NCBI GenBank assembly: GCA_965197475.1
Contig: CBDANF010000003.1
Coordinates: forward strand, 864,001 to 928,000
Reading direction: 5' to 3'
Source of the DNA: Candidatus Poribacteria bacterium
Lineage (GTDB): Bacteria > Poribacteria > WGA-4E > WGA-3G
DNA length: 64,000 bases
Part shown: positions 19,822-28,541 of the stretch, piece by piece
Layout of the letters: every line of letters starts with the position of its first letter
Numbering within the stretch: position 1 is the stretch's first letter
Notes under the pieces: generated by a model
Database searches by the model: none
Seen by the model: only the letters and a program-made list of their open reading frames with translations
Told to the model about the DNA's origin: nothing
Program-made: the position numbers and the translations under genes

Positions 19822-21753
19822 CTATTTTGGATCTGCTGGTTGTTTACCTTGATAATACTCACCCAACACCTCATTGGCAAGACTTCTGCCATCCTCAATG
19901 ACACGTGCAGCGAAATCAAGTGTGACTTGCGAAATACGAGCTTCTTGTGCGCGCTGTTCAATACGGGTTTGAGTGATATTTCGCATAAAACCGGCAGGGA
20001 CTAAATTCAACCGTTCTATAGCATCTTCTGTCCATTCAAGGACACTTTCAATGTCAAAAGTCCTTTCAGTGTTTTGAGATTCAGTTTGCGCTTGCATGGC
20101 TCTGAGTTCGGGAGCATCTTCACGGACTGCTGCTGCTTCACCCATGCTGTCATCAATGATCTGCGTGGCGAAATCATTTGTGATAGTACCGATCTTTTGG
20201 GAACGTGCGGATTTTTCGATTCGCGCTTTCACATTGCGCCGCATATAGCCGCGTGGCACGGTGCGCAGTGCTTTCTTTGCTTGGTCTGACCATTGCAATC
20301 GGACACCATCAAATGTCTCCTCTTCTGCAGTACCGCCTTCGTCAATAGCGATGTGCTCAATGGAATCTTTGTCAACCATCTGGAAACGTTCTGGCGGCGA
20401 ACTACAAACAGGACATTGGACGGGTTGTTGGTCATGTGCTGCGTAGCCACATTCGCCACAGATATAGGTTTGCACGGCACCCGCTTCCAAAACCTTCTGC
20501 TCAGCCATCTCTTTAGCGACTCGTGTTAGCTTTTCAGAAGCGCGTTGTGGCATAATCGCTTCCATCGCCTTGTCAATCACACTTTCGGTTATAACAGAAT
20601 GTCCACGCTCAATAGCAAACCGATGCACTGCGGTCTTCGCGATGCCACGCACTAGCGGGGGTGCTTTCTCCATCCGATCCATTGCCTCTTGTGTCCAAAC
20701 GAGGGTTTCTTCCGCTTTTACATCAATTTGGGGAAAATAACGTTGGCTTGACAGCAGCACGTTACAGGGAGCAAGACGTAAGAGGTTTTCAGCTGTACTG
20801 CCGATGTCCGAATCTTGTTCATTATGGACACCAATTCTGCCTAAAACGAGGAGCCACGGGTTAGTTTTACGGGTGTATTGTAGTATTTTTTCATAAGCTT
20901 TTCCATCGAGGAGTGTGATTTTTAGTTGATAGTCGTGTTCTTCTTTTGCTATAGAACGGGCAACTTCAAGGTGCGATTGATATATTTTTGCAAGCCCGGT
21001 ATCTATTACCTCTTCATGCAGCTGCTCCTGCTCTTTAAATCTGAATGTTCTCGCGGCTCGTTCAGTTAGCACATTTACAACGGAATTGAAAACGATATAG
21101 TGTAGATAGGGATCATATACGCCTACGGCTTCCACCTGTCTGTTGAACTTTTGCCCAAGGTAGATAGCGGTTTTCAACCCAGAAAAAGATTCAGGACTCC
21201 CGTCAATTCCGACGAGGATATTTCCGCTTTGTTCTTCAATAGGTTCAAGGTTTCGGACAACAAGCGTATCGGTAGTGATACGGCGGACAACACGTTCACA
21301 TACGCCACCGATTAGGCTATCCTTAACAGCACCCATACCGAGTGCGCCCATAATAACCAGATCGTAATCGCTTTCTTGAATGTCCTCAACCAGTTTGATG
21401 TAGTGCTTGCCTTCAGGCATTTTCGGTTCAAATGGAATGTCATGTTTTTCGCACTTCAGTTTCATTACCTCAAGATAGGAATCTGAAATAAGTTGGAGTC
21501 CCATGGTAATGAGTGTGTCATGGATGCGGCGCTGCTTTTCGAGTTCAACCTCATCCTGATACTCCTCCGGCAAGGTATACTCCATCTGTTTGAAGCGTAC
21601 ATCGTGCATTTTTGCAGCGTAGACGTGTGAACCAACCAGCTGCGAATTAAATTTTTTTGCGAATTCAACAGCTAAGTCTATACTGGCATCCGAATAGTCA
21701 GAATTATCTACCGGCACATAAATTTTTTTCATAATCTTTTTCTCACTTGTCAT
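19822..21753 (-). CDS. Tandem universal stress protein with three PCP_red-like domains and a rubredoxin-like domain
   Basis: Two USP domains (IYVPVDNSDYS...DLVIMGALG; ILVGIDGSPES...GSTAENLLR), three W-T/S-x-x-A...P..(V/M)R modules, and CGECG...CPVC. Confidence 0.85.
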   Translation of the reverse strand: MTSEKKIMKKIYVPVDNSDYSDASIDLAVEFAKKFNSQLVGSHVYAAKMHDVRFKQMEYTLPEEYQDEVELEKQRRIHDTLITMGLQLISDSYLEVMKLKCEKHDIPFEPKMPEGKHYIKLVEDIQESDYDLVIMGALGMGAVKDSLIGGVCERVVRRITTDTLVVRNLEPIEEQSGNILVGIDGSPESFSGLKTAIYLGQKFNRQVEAVGVYDPYLHYIVFNSVVNVLTERAARTFRFKEQEQLHEEVIDTGLAKIYQSHLEVARSIAKEEHDYQLKITLLDGKAYEKILQYTRKTNPWLLVLGRIGVHNEQDSDIGSTAENLLRLAPCNVLLSSQRYFPQIDVKAEETLVWTQEAMDRMEKAPPLVRGIAKTAVHRFAIERGHSVITESVIDKAMEAIMPQRASEKLTRVAKEMAEQKVLEAGAVQTYICGECGYAAHDQQPVQCPVCSSPPERFQMVDKDSIEHIAIDEGGTAEEETFDGVRLQWSDQAKKALRTVPRGYMRRNVKARIEKSARSQKIGTITNDFATQIIDDSMGEAAAVREDAPELRAMQAQTESQNTERTFDIESVLEWTEDAIERLNLVPAGFMRNITQTRIEQRAQEARISQVTLDFAARVIEDGRSLANEVLGEYYQGKQPADPK

Positions 21754-21886
21754 TTATAGTATAATCTAAAAGTATGTGAACATTCCCATGGTAGGTACGT
21801 TTCCTAACCGCACCATTTACTCAATCCCGGTACGGTTAGGAAACCGCACCTACCACAGTGTATAATAATTATGGATTTTACTATAA
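21754..21886. mobile_element. MITE, TTATAGTA-ended family (copy 2)
   Basis: TTATAGTATAATC...GGATTTTACTATAA with internal inverted repeat GTAGGTACGTTTCCTAACCGCACC / GGTACGGTTAGGAAACCGCACCTAC. Confidence 0.7.
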
Positions 21887-21887
21887 A

Positions 21888-22103
21888 AACCCAAGTTGCC
21901 ACCTTTGCCACCTATACCATGAAAAACGTCATCTACACAGAATTTTCAGATAAGTACTGCTCACAGTTACTGGACATACCACCCTGCTGGAGTGGAAGAA
22001 AGGACTAGCTTTTTTCTATAAACATATCGCTCCGCTGGAGCGAAAGATTAAACACCCTAACCATAAGGGAATTGATCGATTTTCAAAGGTAGCAACTTGG
22101 GTT
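21888..22103. mobile_element. MITE (216 bp) with 20-bp TIR and 5-bp target duplication
   Basis: AACCCAAGTTGCCACCTTTG and CAAAGGTAGCAACTTGGGTT (19/20 match); ATAAA on both flanks. Confidence 0.8.
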
Positions 22104-22118
22104 ATAAAAGAAAGGAGC

Positions 22119-22391
22119 TCACTCTGTTTCCGTATTATCAAAAGGCTTGTAGCGAGCACCAATGATACCTCCAAGGATGTGTGCTATCAGGACTGCTGGC
22201 CATAAGTACACCATAGCTGTTTGCCATTGCCAGTGGAGAATAAAACGCCGCACAACAATATTAAGCACAATCGGAATATATAAACATCTGCTCCAAGGAC
22301 GACTGAATTTTTTATACCGTACACGAAAAAATCCAAACGGGAAATGAACCACAAATGCTGCGATGGAAATTAAGAGGTTCAGATCCTTCAT
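22119..22391 (-). CDS. Small membrane protein
   Basis: 90 aa, three hydrophobic segments, overlaps the SCO stop codon. Confidence 0.65.
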   Translation of the reverse strand: MKDLNLLISIAAFVVHFPFGFFRVRYKKFSRPWSRCLYIPIVLNIVVRRFILHWQWQTAMVYLWPAVLIAHILGGIIGARYKPFDNTETE

Positions 22392-23023
22392 TTTCCGAGA
22401 AGTGTTTTGACATCCTTACGTAAACGTGTCATCATTGGTTTGCTGCGACTATCGTAATAGCCGTGAATGTTTCCATCTGGTGCAACGAGAACAAACCTTG
22501 TGCTATGGGGAAACGCACCTTCGTGATGTGCAGCAGCTAATTTAAAACCTTTGTTAGCCAATTGGTAAATTTGTTCCTTTTCACCCGTTAGGAAATGCCA
22601 TCGTTGTTCGTCTGCACCATATCGCCCCGCATAACGCGAGAGAACTTCTGACGTATCTCGCTCCGGATCCACTGTGAAAGAAACAAAATAGACAGGTTCT
22701 GAGTCAAATTCCGATTGCAGGTTTACCATTTCCTGCGTCATCACAGGACAAATCGTAGGACAGTGGGTGAAAATAAAATCTGCAACCCAGATCTTTCCCA
22801 CCATATCAGATAAGCCTAACGGTTGTCCTTGCTGGTTCATCAGACTAAAATCGGGAACCTTCGCTGCAACAACATCAGTCCCAGAATCCGGTTTTTTATT
22901 GAAGACTGACCATAAATTGAGAACAGCAATACCGATTATGATGACACCCAACACGACCCACAACAGTGTGATCTTTTCAAGTCTGCGTTCGTCTTGATCA
23001 AGGTTGTCAGTCTGATTCTCCAT
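22388..23023 (-). CDS. SCO1/SenC copper chaperone
   Basis: FIFTHCPTICP, VSFTVDPERD, HSTRFVLV. Confidence 0.93.
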   Translation of the reverse strand: MENQTDNLDQDERRLEKITLLWVVLGVIIIGIAVLNLWSVFNKKPDSGTDVVAAKVPDFSLMNQQGQPLGLSDMVGKIWVADFIFTHCPTICPVMTQEMVNLQSEFDSEPVYFVSFTVDPERDTSEVLSRYAGRYGADEQRWHFLTGEKEQIYQLANKGFKLAAAHHEGAFPHSTRFVLVAPDGNIHGYYDSRSKPMMTRLRKDVKTLLGK

Positions 23024-23068
23024 AATTGCCGCGCCTACAGCGGACAGGATTAAGTAACTGTCCGTACC

Positions 23069-23410
23069 TTAGTGAGAGTTCGTATCAACAACTTCTGCCG
23101 GTTTTTCAACGCCTGCGTGCCGTGTTTTTGAAGTTAGATCGGGCATCAGCATAATGACAAGGAAAACACAGATGAGAAAAGGTGTAATAACGATAACCGC
23201 CAAAGTGCGCTTTTCAAACTTTAGATGCATGAAATAAGTAGCAACTAAGAAAGCCTTACTGCATGCCAAACCGATAAGTAGTATGACTTTGAGGGCGGTA
23301 GGGAAATCCGGGATAACTATGAGAACCTCAACGACTGTCAACCCAGCAAGCCACCAAAAAATAGTCATGTACTTCGGATGCTCATTATGTCCGTTCTGTG
23401 CCATATTCAT
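23069..23410 (-). CDS. Cytochrome c oxidase subunit IV
   Basis: LTVVEV...KAFLVATYFMHLKFE. Confidence 0.88.
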   Translation of the reverse strand: MNMAQNGHNEHPKYMTIFWWLAGLTVVEVLIVIPDFPTALKVILLIGLACSKAFLVATYFMHLKFEKRTLAVIVITPFLICVFLVIMLMPDLTSKTRHAGVEKPAEVVDTNSH

Positions 23411-23416
23411 GTCCTC

Positions 23417-24067
23417 CTATATTAAATAGATAAAGGTGAAAACCATAATCCAAATAAGGTCAACGAAGTGCCAATAAAGCCCAACAATTTCCACTTCATG
23501 GTTAAACTCGGCAGTATAACGCCCCGACCATCCGTTTCTCAATATAACGATAAGATAAATCACGCCACCGGTTACGTGTAGCCCGTGGAAACCTGTGATA
23601 GCGTAGAAAGTAGGACCAAAAAGCGTAGAGCCGCTAATTACCGCATCAGATAGACCATGTTCAGGAATTCCAGTAAGCGTCAATCCGTGTTTAATTAAAT
23701 GATACCATTCATACGCCTGCAATCCGAGGAAGATAATACCACCTAAAATCGTTAAACCCAGAAAATCACACATTCTACCGACGTTGCCTTTTTGAATTGA
23801 CTCTAACGCTTTAACCATTGTGACGCTACTACAAATCAAGAGGAACGTCATAAAAGCAGTCAAGGAAATACCGAGTATTTCGTTTGGTGGGACCCATCCG
23901 ATTACACCTGCACCTATTCGGATTGCTGCATAAGCCGCGAGCAATGCGCCAAATGACATTGTATCGCCAATCAGGAAAACCCACATGCCGAGTTTTCCAA
24001 GGCTATCAGGCGTAAGCGATGGTTCGTATATGTCTTCAGTATGTTCTAAAGTGGTAGCTTGTTCCAC
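23417..24067 (-). CDS. Heme-copper oxidase subunit III
   Basis: KLGMWVFL, TFLLICSS, FYAITGFHGLHV, GLYWHFVDLIW. Confidence 0.92.
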   Translation of the reverse strand: MEQATTLEHTEDIYEPSLTPDSLGKLGMWVFLIGDTMSFGALLAAYAAIRIGAGVIGWVPPNEILGISLTAFMTFLLICSSVTMVKALESIQKGNVGRMCDFLGLTILGGIIFLGLQAYEWYHLIKHGLTLTGIPEHGLSDAVISGSTLFGPTFYAITGFHGLHVTGGVIYLIVILRNGWSGRYTAEFNHEVEIVGLYWHFVDLIWIMVFTFIYLI

Positions 24068-24236
24068 TATACTAAGCTCCTTTTCTATAATTTATACACT
24101 GTGGTAGGGCGGTTTGAAACTGCGCCTACAATGGATTCACATATTTTTTGATTTTACTAATTTGATTAGAAGTTTTCTCATAAAGTGCGTGTTTGCGAGG
24201 CTTAGAAGACCTCGCGCTACAACGAGTGATTAGGGA

Positions 24237-25106
24237 TTAATGCGTGCCTACTTCAATTCGGGCATCCGCAATTGCTGCAATCTCACTGTCAATCTCAAAT
24301 CCGATAAAATCTCGTCCTTCCTTACGCGCTGCTATCCCAGTAGAACCTGACCCTGCAAAAGGATCGCAGACGACAGAACCTTCAGCAGAGAAAATTCTAA
24401 TTAAGTGTCGCAACAAAGGAACTGGTTTGGCAGCAATGTGCCCAAATTTCTCACGCGGTTTAGAAACGGGAATGACAGTTCCAGGAAAACGGTGTTTTTC
24501 AACAACCGGATCAGATACGTCAATCAGTCCAGTCTGATGTTGAAGCCAATTGTCCACGAACGTCCCTTCACGCGGGGACTGTGCCAAGATAACAAGTTCC
24601 ATCTGTGGCTTGAGTTGTGGTGTTTTCCTACCGCCCAAAGCCTTAATTATCCTCTCTTTTTCATCAACCGGCAGATCACGTTTGCGGACGAAGTGGTCTT
24701 GTGTAAACGCTTTAGCTTGTCCCTCATATCGCCACGCCAACATATCCCGTATTTCAAAACCTGCATCCTCTATAGCGAGTGTCGCTCGATGCGAAAGTCT
24801 TGGGTGCGAAAAACATAGCACAAACCCGCCCGGTTTGATAATTCTAAACCATTGTTCTGCTATCGGTTTTAAGAATCGATATAGATTATGTCCTTGAGCT
24901 CGGTCAAACTTCATCCCGACAGGCAACCCGCCCACAACACCTTTTTTCTGCCTGGATCGTATTCGTTGTGTATCCCAACTGTCATCCATTCCATCAAGGA
25001 AATAGGGCGGGTCAGTTAAAATGAGAGACACACTTTGCGGTGCAACTTTTGACATCCCTTTTCGGCAGTCTATACACTCGATCCGGGAGTCAAAACTTTT
25101 TTTCAT
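24237..25106 (-). CDS. Orphan beta-class N4/N6 DNA methyltransferase
   Basis: TDPPY precedes H...KP and DPFAGSGSTG. Confidence 0.9.
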   Translation of the reverse strand: MKKSFDSRIECIDCRKGMSKVAPQSVSLILTDPPYFLDGMDDSWDTQRIRSRQKKGVVGGLPVGMKFDRAQGHNLYRFLKPIAEQWFRIIKPGGFVLCFSHPRLSHRATLAIEDAGFEIRDMLAWRYEGQAKAFTQDHFVRKRDLPVDEKERIIKALGGRKTPQLKPQMELVILAQSPREGTFVDNWLQHQTGLIDVSDPVVEKHRFPGTVIPVSKPREKFGHIAAKPVPLLRHLIRIFSAEGSVVCDPFAGSGSTGIAARKEGRDFIGFEIDSEIAAIADARIEVGTH

Positions 25107-25148
25107 TATTGCACCGCTAAAATTAAATTTCCTTCAGAGGAATATGCC

Positions 25149-25388
25149 TTATGCTTTCAAATCTTTGTTAGCACGCCGGAAATGATAGAAAACGCTGCCG
25201 CCAACAATACCGAAAACCGTGAACGGCATCGCCATCATAAAAAGCACACTCCAATTAAAACCTCTGGCAATCGGTTCATCAAGGTTTTTACAAGCGGGAC
25301 ATGCTTCAAGGGTGGCAGGAATAATTGAACTCACAAATCCGATAATGAGAACCCATAAAAGAATTTGGCGAATCATACGCGTCTCCAT
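25149..25388 (-). CDS. Small membrane protein with an ACPAC motif
   Basis: TAATG overlap with the upstream stop; signal-like N-terminus, CxxC, one TM helix. Confidence 0.6.
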   Translation of the reverse strand: METRMIRQILLWVLIIGFVSSIIPATLEACPACKNLDEPIARGFNWSVLFMMAMPFTVFGIVGGSVFYHFRRANKDLKA

Positions 25389-25981
25389 TAAGCGATATAT
25401 ACCAAGAAGTAGAGGATCGGCCACAACGCGACCACAAAAATCCAATAAATCGTACAGGTTTCAACACCAGTATAACTAACAGCGGAAAACCTTCCTGCAA
25501 CCGCCATACCAACAACAATCACCAGCCAAATTACTGCTCCTAACACATGAACCGCATGACATCCGATAAGCACATAAAAGATACCACCATACACGCCAGA
25601 CTGCAGCGTCAATCCGTTTCGGACAAGTTGTACCCATTCACTCCCTTGGATTACCAGAAATAGCAATCCTAACGTCCCTGTGAATATCAACCAATTGCGA
25701 AGTTGCTTCACTCGATCTTTCTGAATTGCACACAGTGCCTGAAACATCGTATAGCCGCTTATAATTAGCAGTACGGTATTGATACCTGTTACTACGCGTG
25801 GTAGTTGGATGTCAGCGTGCGACAATGGGGGCCATGTAACATTCCCCATCCGAAATACCAGAAATGCCCCGATCAAACCGACGAATAACATCGTCTCAGC
25901 ACCGAGTAGGATTAAAACTGCCAATTTAGCGTTACTCAATGGGCGATTTTTGGTGATTTCCATTTCACTCTGTACCATCAT
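25388..25981 (-). CDS. Heme-copper oxidase subunit III, second paralog
   Basis: AETMLF, NTVLLIISG, FYVLIGCHAVHV, YWIFVVALW. Confidence 0.9.
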   Translation of the reverse strand: MMVQSEMEITKNRPLSNAKLAVLILLGAETMLFVGLIGAFLVFRMGNVTWPPLSHADIQLPRVVTGINTVLLIISGYTMFQALCAIQKDRVKQLRNWLIFTGTLGLLFLVIQGSEWVQLVRNGLTLQSGVYGGIFYVLIGCHAVHVLGAVIWLVIVVGMAVAGRFSAVSYTGVETCTIYWIFVVALWPILYFLVYIA

Positions 25982-26214
25982 CCACGGATTCTACTTTTTA
26001 CAATTTTAACGATAACCTCAATAAGTGCAGCACCTATCAGACAGCATCCGATAATACCTGCTATTACTGTGGTCACCACGGAAACAACTTTTTTTACGGA
26101 AGGCGGTGCTTCAAATCCCACCACTAACGCTAACGTTGTGATGGAAAACAATCCGATAAACAGTAAACACAATATAATGCCTACTTTGCGATTTCGTTTG
26201 CGGCGTTCGTTCGC
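25978..26214 (-). CDS. Small two-TM protein; start codon uncertain
   Basis: The open frame ANERRKRNRKVGIILCLLF... runs back to the stop codon of the DUF805 gene. Confidence 0.45.
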   Translation of the reverse strand, partial: ANERRKRNRKVGIILCLLFIGLFSITTLALVVGFEAPPSVKKVVSVVTTVIAGIIGCCLIGAALIEVIVKIVKSRIRG

Positions 26215-26559
26215 TCATGAGTTCTCCAAGGGATCTGGCCCATAACGGTTTGCACCATCTGTTCCTTTAAGAAATCCCAATTCAACAAGGGTCCAAATGG
26301 CCCCTATAATTGGGATAAACCCGATCAATATCCACCAAGCTGATTTATCACGATCATGCCAGCGTTTCGCGGATATTGCTAAGCCTGGCCAAATTGCTAT
26401 GATAGAATAGAGAATGTAAAGGACCATTCCAACTTCACCAATTGTGACAGACAGAAGTAAGACGATAAACGGAGCAACACTTAATATCAGAACCATCAAC
26501 CAGTATTTTGCGCGATTGATTCTACCATTAAATGAAAACAGCAACTCGTTAAGACTCAT
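26215..26559 (-). CDS. DUF805 family membrane protein
   Basis: FSFNGRINRAKYW, KRWHDRDKSAWW, GTDGANRYGPDP. Confidence 0.9.
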   Translation of the reverse strand: MSLNELLFSFNGRINRAKYWLMVLILSVAPFIVLLLSVTIGEVGMVLYILYSIIAIWPGLAISAKRWHDRDKSAWWILIGFIPIIGAIWTLVELGFLKGTDGANRYGPDPLENS

Positions 26560-26588
26560 ATTGATCTCCTTTTCACTAGTAAGTTTGT

Positions 26589-27512
26589 TTATATTTTGTC
26601 AATTGCCATCGTAATAAATATTAGCGGCAGATACAGTAGAGATGCGTATAGTACATATCGTGCTGCTTTCACTGAGTGTGTTTTTTCTAAATAGATGCCA
26701 CTCGCCAGAAACATACCACCTATTAATAGCGCAGCGAAAAAGTAAATTCCTCCTGCAATGTTGAAAAGCGTAGGAAGAAGACCGATACCGAATAGTGCAA
26801 GGCAGTTGATTACAATCTGACGGCGTGTGCTTGTTCCATCAGGGTGTATAACTGGCAACAACTTCAATCCAGCTTTTGCGTAGTCCTCACGGTATATATA
26901 TGCTATTGCCAGAGAATGCGGAAGTTGCCATAAAAAGAGAATGGCAAATAATACCCATGCTTGACTTGTTAGCGTGTCTCGGGCTGCAACCCATCCAACG
27001 ACAGGTGGTAAAGCACCAGGAAACGCCCCGATAATGGTGCACAACGATGTTTTCCGCTTGAGCGGTGTATATACAAACAGATAACTGACCACTATTAGGG
27101 AAATAACAAACCCGCTAAGCGGATTTACGATAAACGTCAAGTAAAGCATACCACTCCCTGTAAGCCCTATACAGAAAAGCAGTGCTTCTATCGGACGCAT
27201 CCTTCCTGCTGGAAGGGGTCTTTGCTGTGTTCGTGGCATCTGAGAATCTACATCACGTTCCAGATATTGGTTAAGACCTAAGACACCTGCTGCTGTTAAC
27301 CCCGCACCAATAAGCGTGTGTAGAAAGAGCAACCAATTTACCGCATTATGTGTGCCGAGATAAAAACCTGCAGCGGTCGTAACCAATATCATCAGTACCA
27401 ATCGCGGTTTGATGAGTTCCAGATAATCTTCTGCTCGCCTCACGAAAACTGAGGATCTTGAAGGTGGATTTGCCACATCTCTATTTTCAGGTAATACTGC
27501 TGTTGAACGCAT
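26589..27512 (-). CDS. ctaB: Protoheme IX farnesyltransferase (heme o synthase)
   Basis: ELIKPR, NQYLERDVDSQMPRTQQRPLP, YTPLKR, WQLPH, YREDY. Confidence 0.95.
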   Translation of the reverse strand: MRSTAVLPENRDVANPPSRSSVFVRRAEDYLELIKPRLVLMILVTTAAGFYLGTHNAVNWLLFLHTLIGAGLTAAGVLGLNQYLERDVDSQMPRTQQRPLPAGRMRPIEALLFCIGLTGSGMLYLTFIVNPLSGFVISLIVVSYLFVYTPLKRKTSLCTIIGAFPGALPPVVGWVAARDTLTSQAWVLFAILFLWQLPHSLAIAYIYREDYAKAGLKLLPVIHPDGTSTRRQIVINCLALFGIGLLPTLFNIAGGIYFFAALLIGGMFLASGIYLEKTHSVKAARYVLYASLLYLPLIFITMAIDKI

Positions 27513-27522
27513 TTTAATTATC

Positions 27523-28476
27523 TCATTCTGTAACCAGCGTATTGCTGACAGGGGTTTCTATAGGAATTGACGTATCTGTAAATCGGAAAATTTTCAATGT
27601 AATCACAAAACTACTCACCAACATCAGTGCACCGACTGCTACATGAGCAGTCGTAATAATATCTGTGAGTAGTGCTGATGCTGTTGCACCAAAAGCAGTT
27701 TGTTTGGTAATATAGGCTCCAACACCGAGCATCAACTGTACTGCAAGTAAACCAAGCAATAGCAAAGGCAACGACTGACCAATACTTTGGGTGTCCCCGC
27801 CCGGACTAAAGAACCGTCTTGCCAATAAGAAAATATGAAGTGCTACCAAGAATGCAAAAAGAAGATGTGCATCAAGTCTATTTCCTGTATGCCGTAAAAC
27901 TGCACCGAAGATGAGCTGAACATATATCAGGCAGGTTGTAATTAGGCTTAACCTTCTTAATTTTTTTGCGAGAACGTCTTCTATTTGTCTTTCGGGTTGG
28001 TTTTCAAACCAATCTCGTGAGGTAAACCAACATATTCCGCATAGCAGCGCAAAAAATGTTTGTGCCAGACACGCATGCACAATAGCTAAATTAAGATTAA
28101 GCTTCGTAACTCGGAGTCCACCAAGGACTCCCTGCACGCTCACACCGATGAGTGCTGCAAGTCCAAGCCATTTTATCCACCTGCGTGAGTCTTTCACTAT
28201 CAGCATGATAAACAGGACTATCGTTAACAGTCCAACTAACGAACCCATCAAGCGATGGCTATGTTCATATAGGATGCCACCCACCATCTCTGATAATGGA
28301 TAGTCAAACATGTTATATCCGAAACTCGTCGGCCAATCTGGTACTGCCAATCCTGATTCCGTGCTTGTAACAATCCCTCCAATAACAATCAATAGAAAAG
28401 TTGCCCCTGCGGTGAGGAGTGCTATCCGATAAAGCCAAGGGCTATAACTGATTTGCTTCTTCATGCTAATTTCCAC
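27523..28476 (-). CDS. ctaA: Heme A synthase (CtaA/COX15)
   Basis: SGLAVPDWP, EHSHR, QGVLGGLRV, HACLAQ. Confidence 0.92.
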   Translation of the reverse strand: MEISMKKQISYSPWLYRIALLTAGATFLLIVIGGIVTSTESGLAVPDWPTSFGYNMFDYPLSEMVGGILYEHSHRLMGSLVGLLTIVLFIMLIVKDSRRWIKWLGLAALIGVSVQGVLGGLRVTKLNLNLAIVHACLAQTFFALLCGICWFTSRDWFENQPERQIEDVLAKKLRRLSLITTCLIYVQLIFGAVLRHTGNRLDAHLLFAFLVALHIFLLARRFFSPGGDTQSIGQSLPLLLLGLLAVQLMLGVGAYITKQTAFGATASALLTDIITTAHVAVGALMLVSSFVITLKIFRFTDTSIPIETPVSNTLVTE

Positions 28477-28541
28477 CGAGGTGGCTTCCTCTGGTAGGCT
28501 CGGTCTTTAACCGCGCCTATTCTACGACGTGCCTATCTCAG

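Noticed and set aside
9127-21753. Chlorophyll biosynthesis or phototrophy inferred from PCP_red domains and b6-like genes
   Set aside because: No BchN/B/L catalytic domains are present; split cytochrome b with heme ci is widespread in non-phototrophs.
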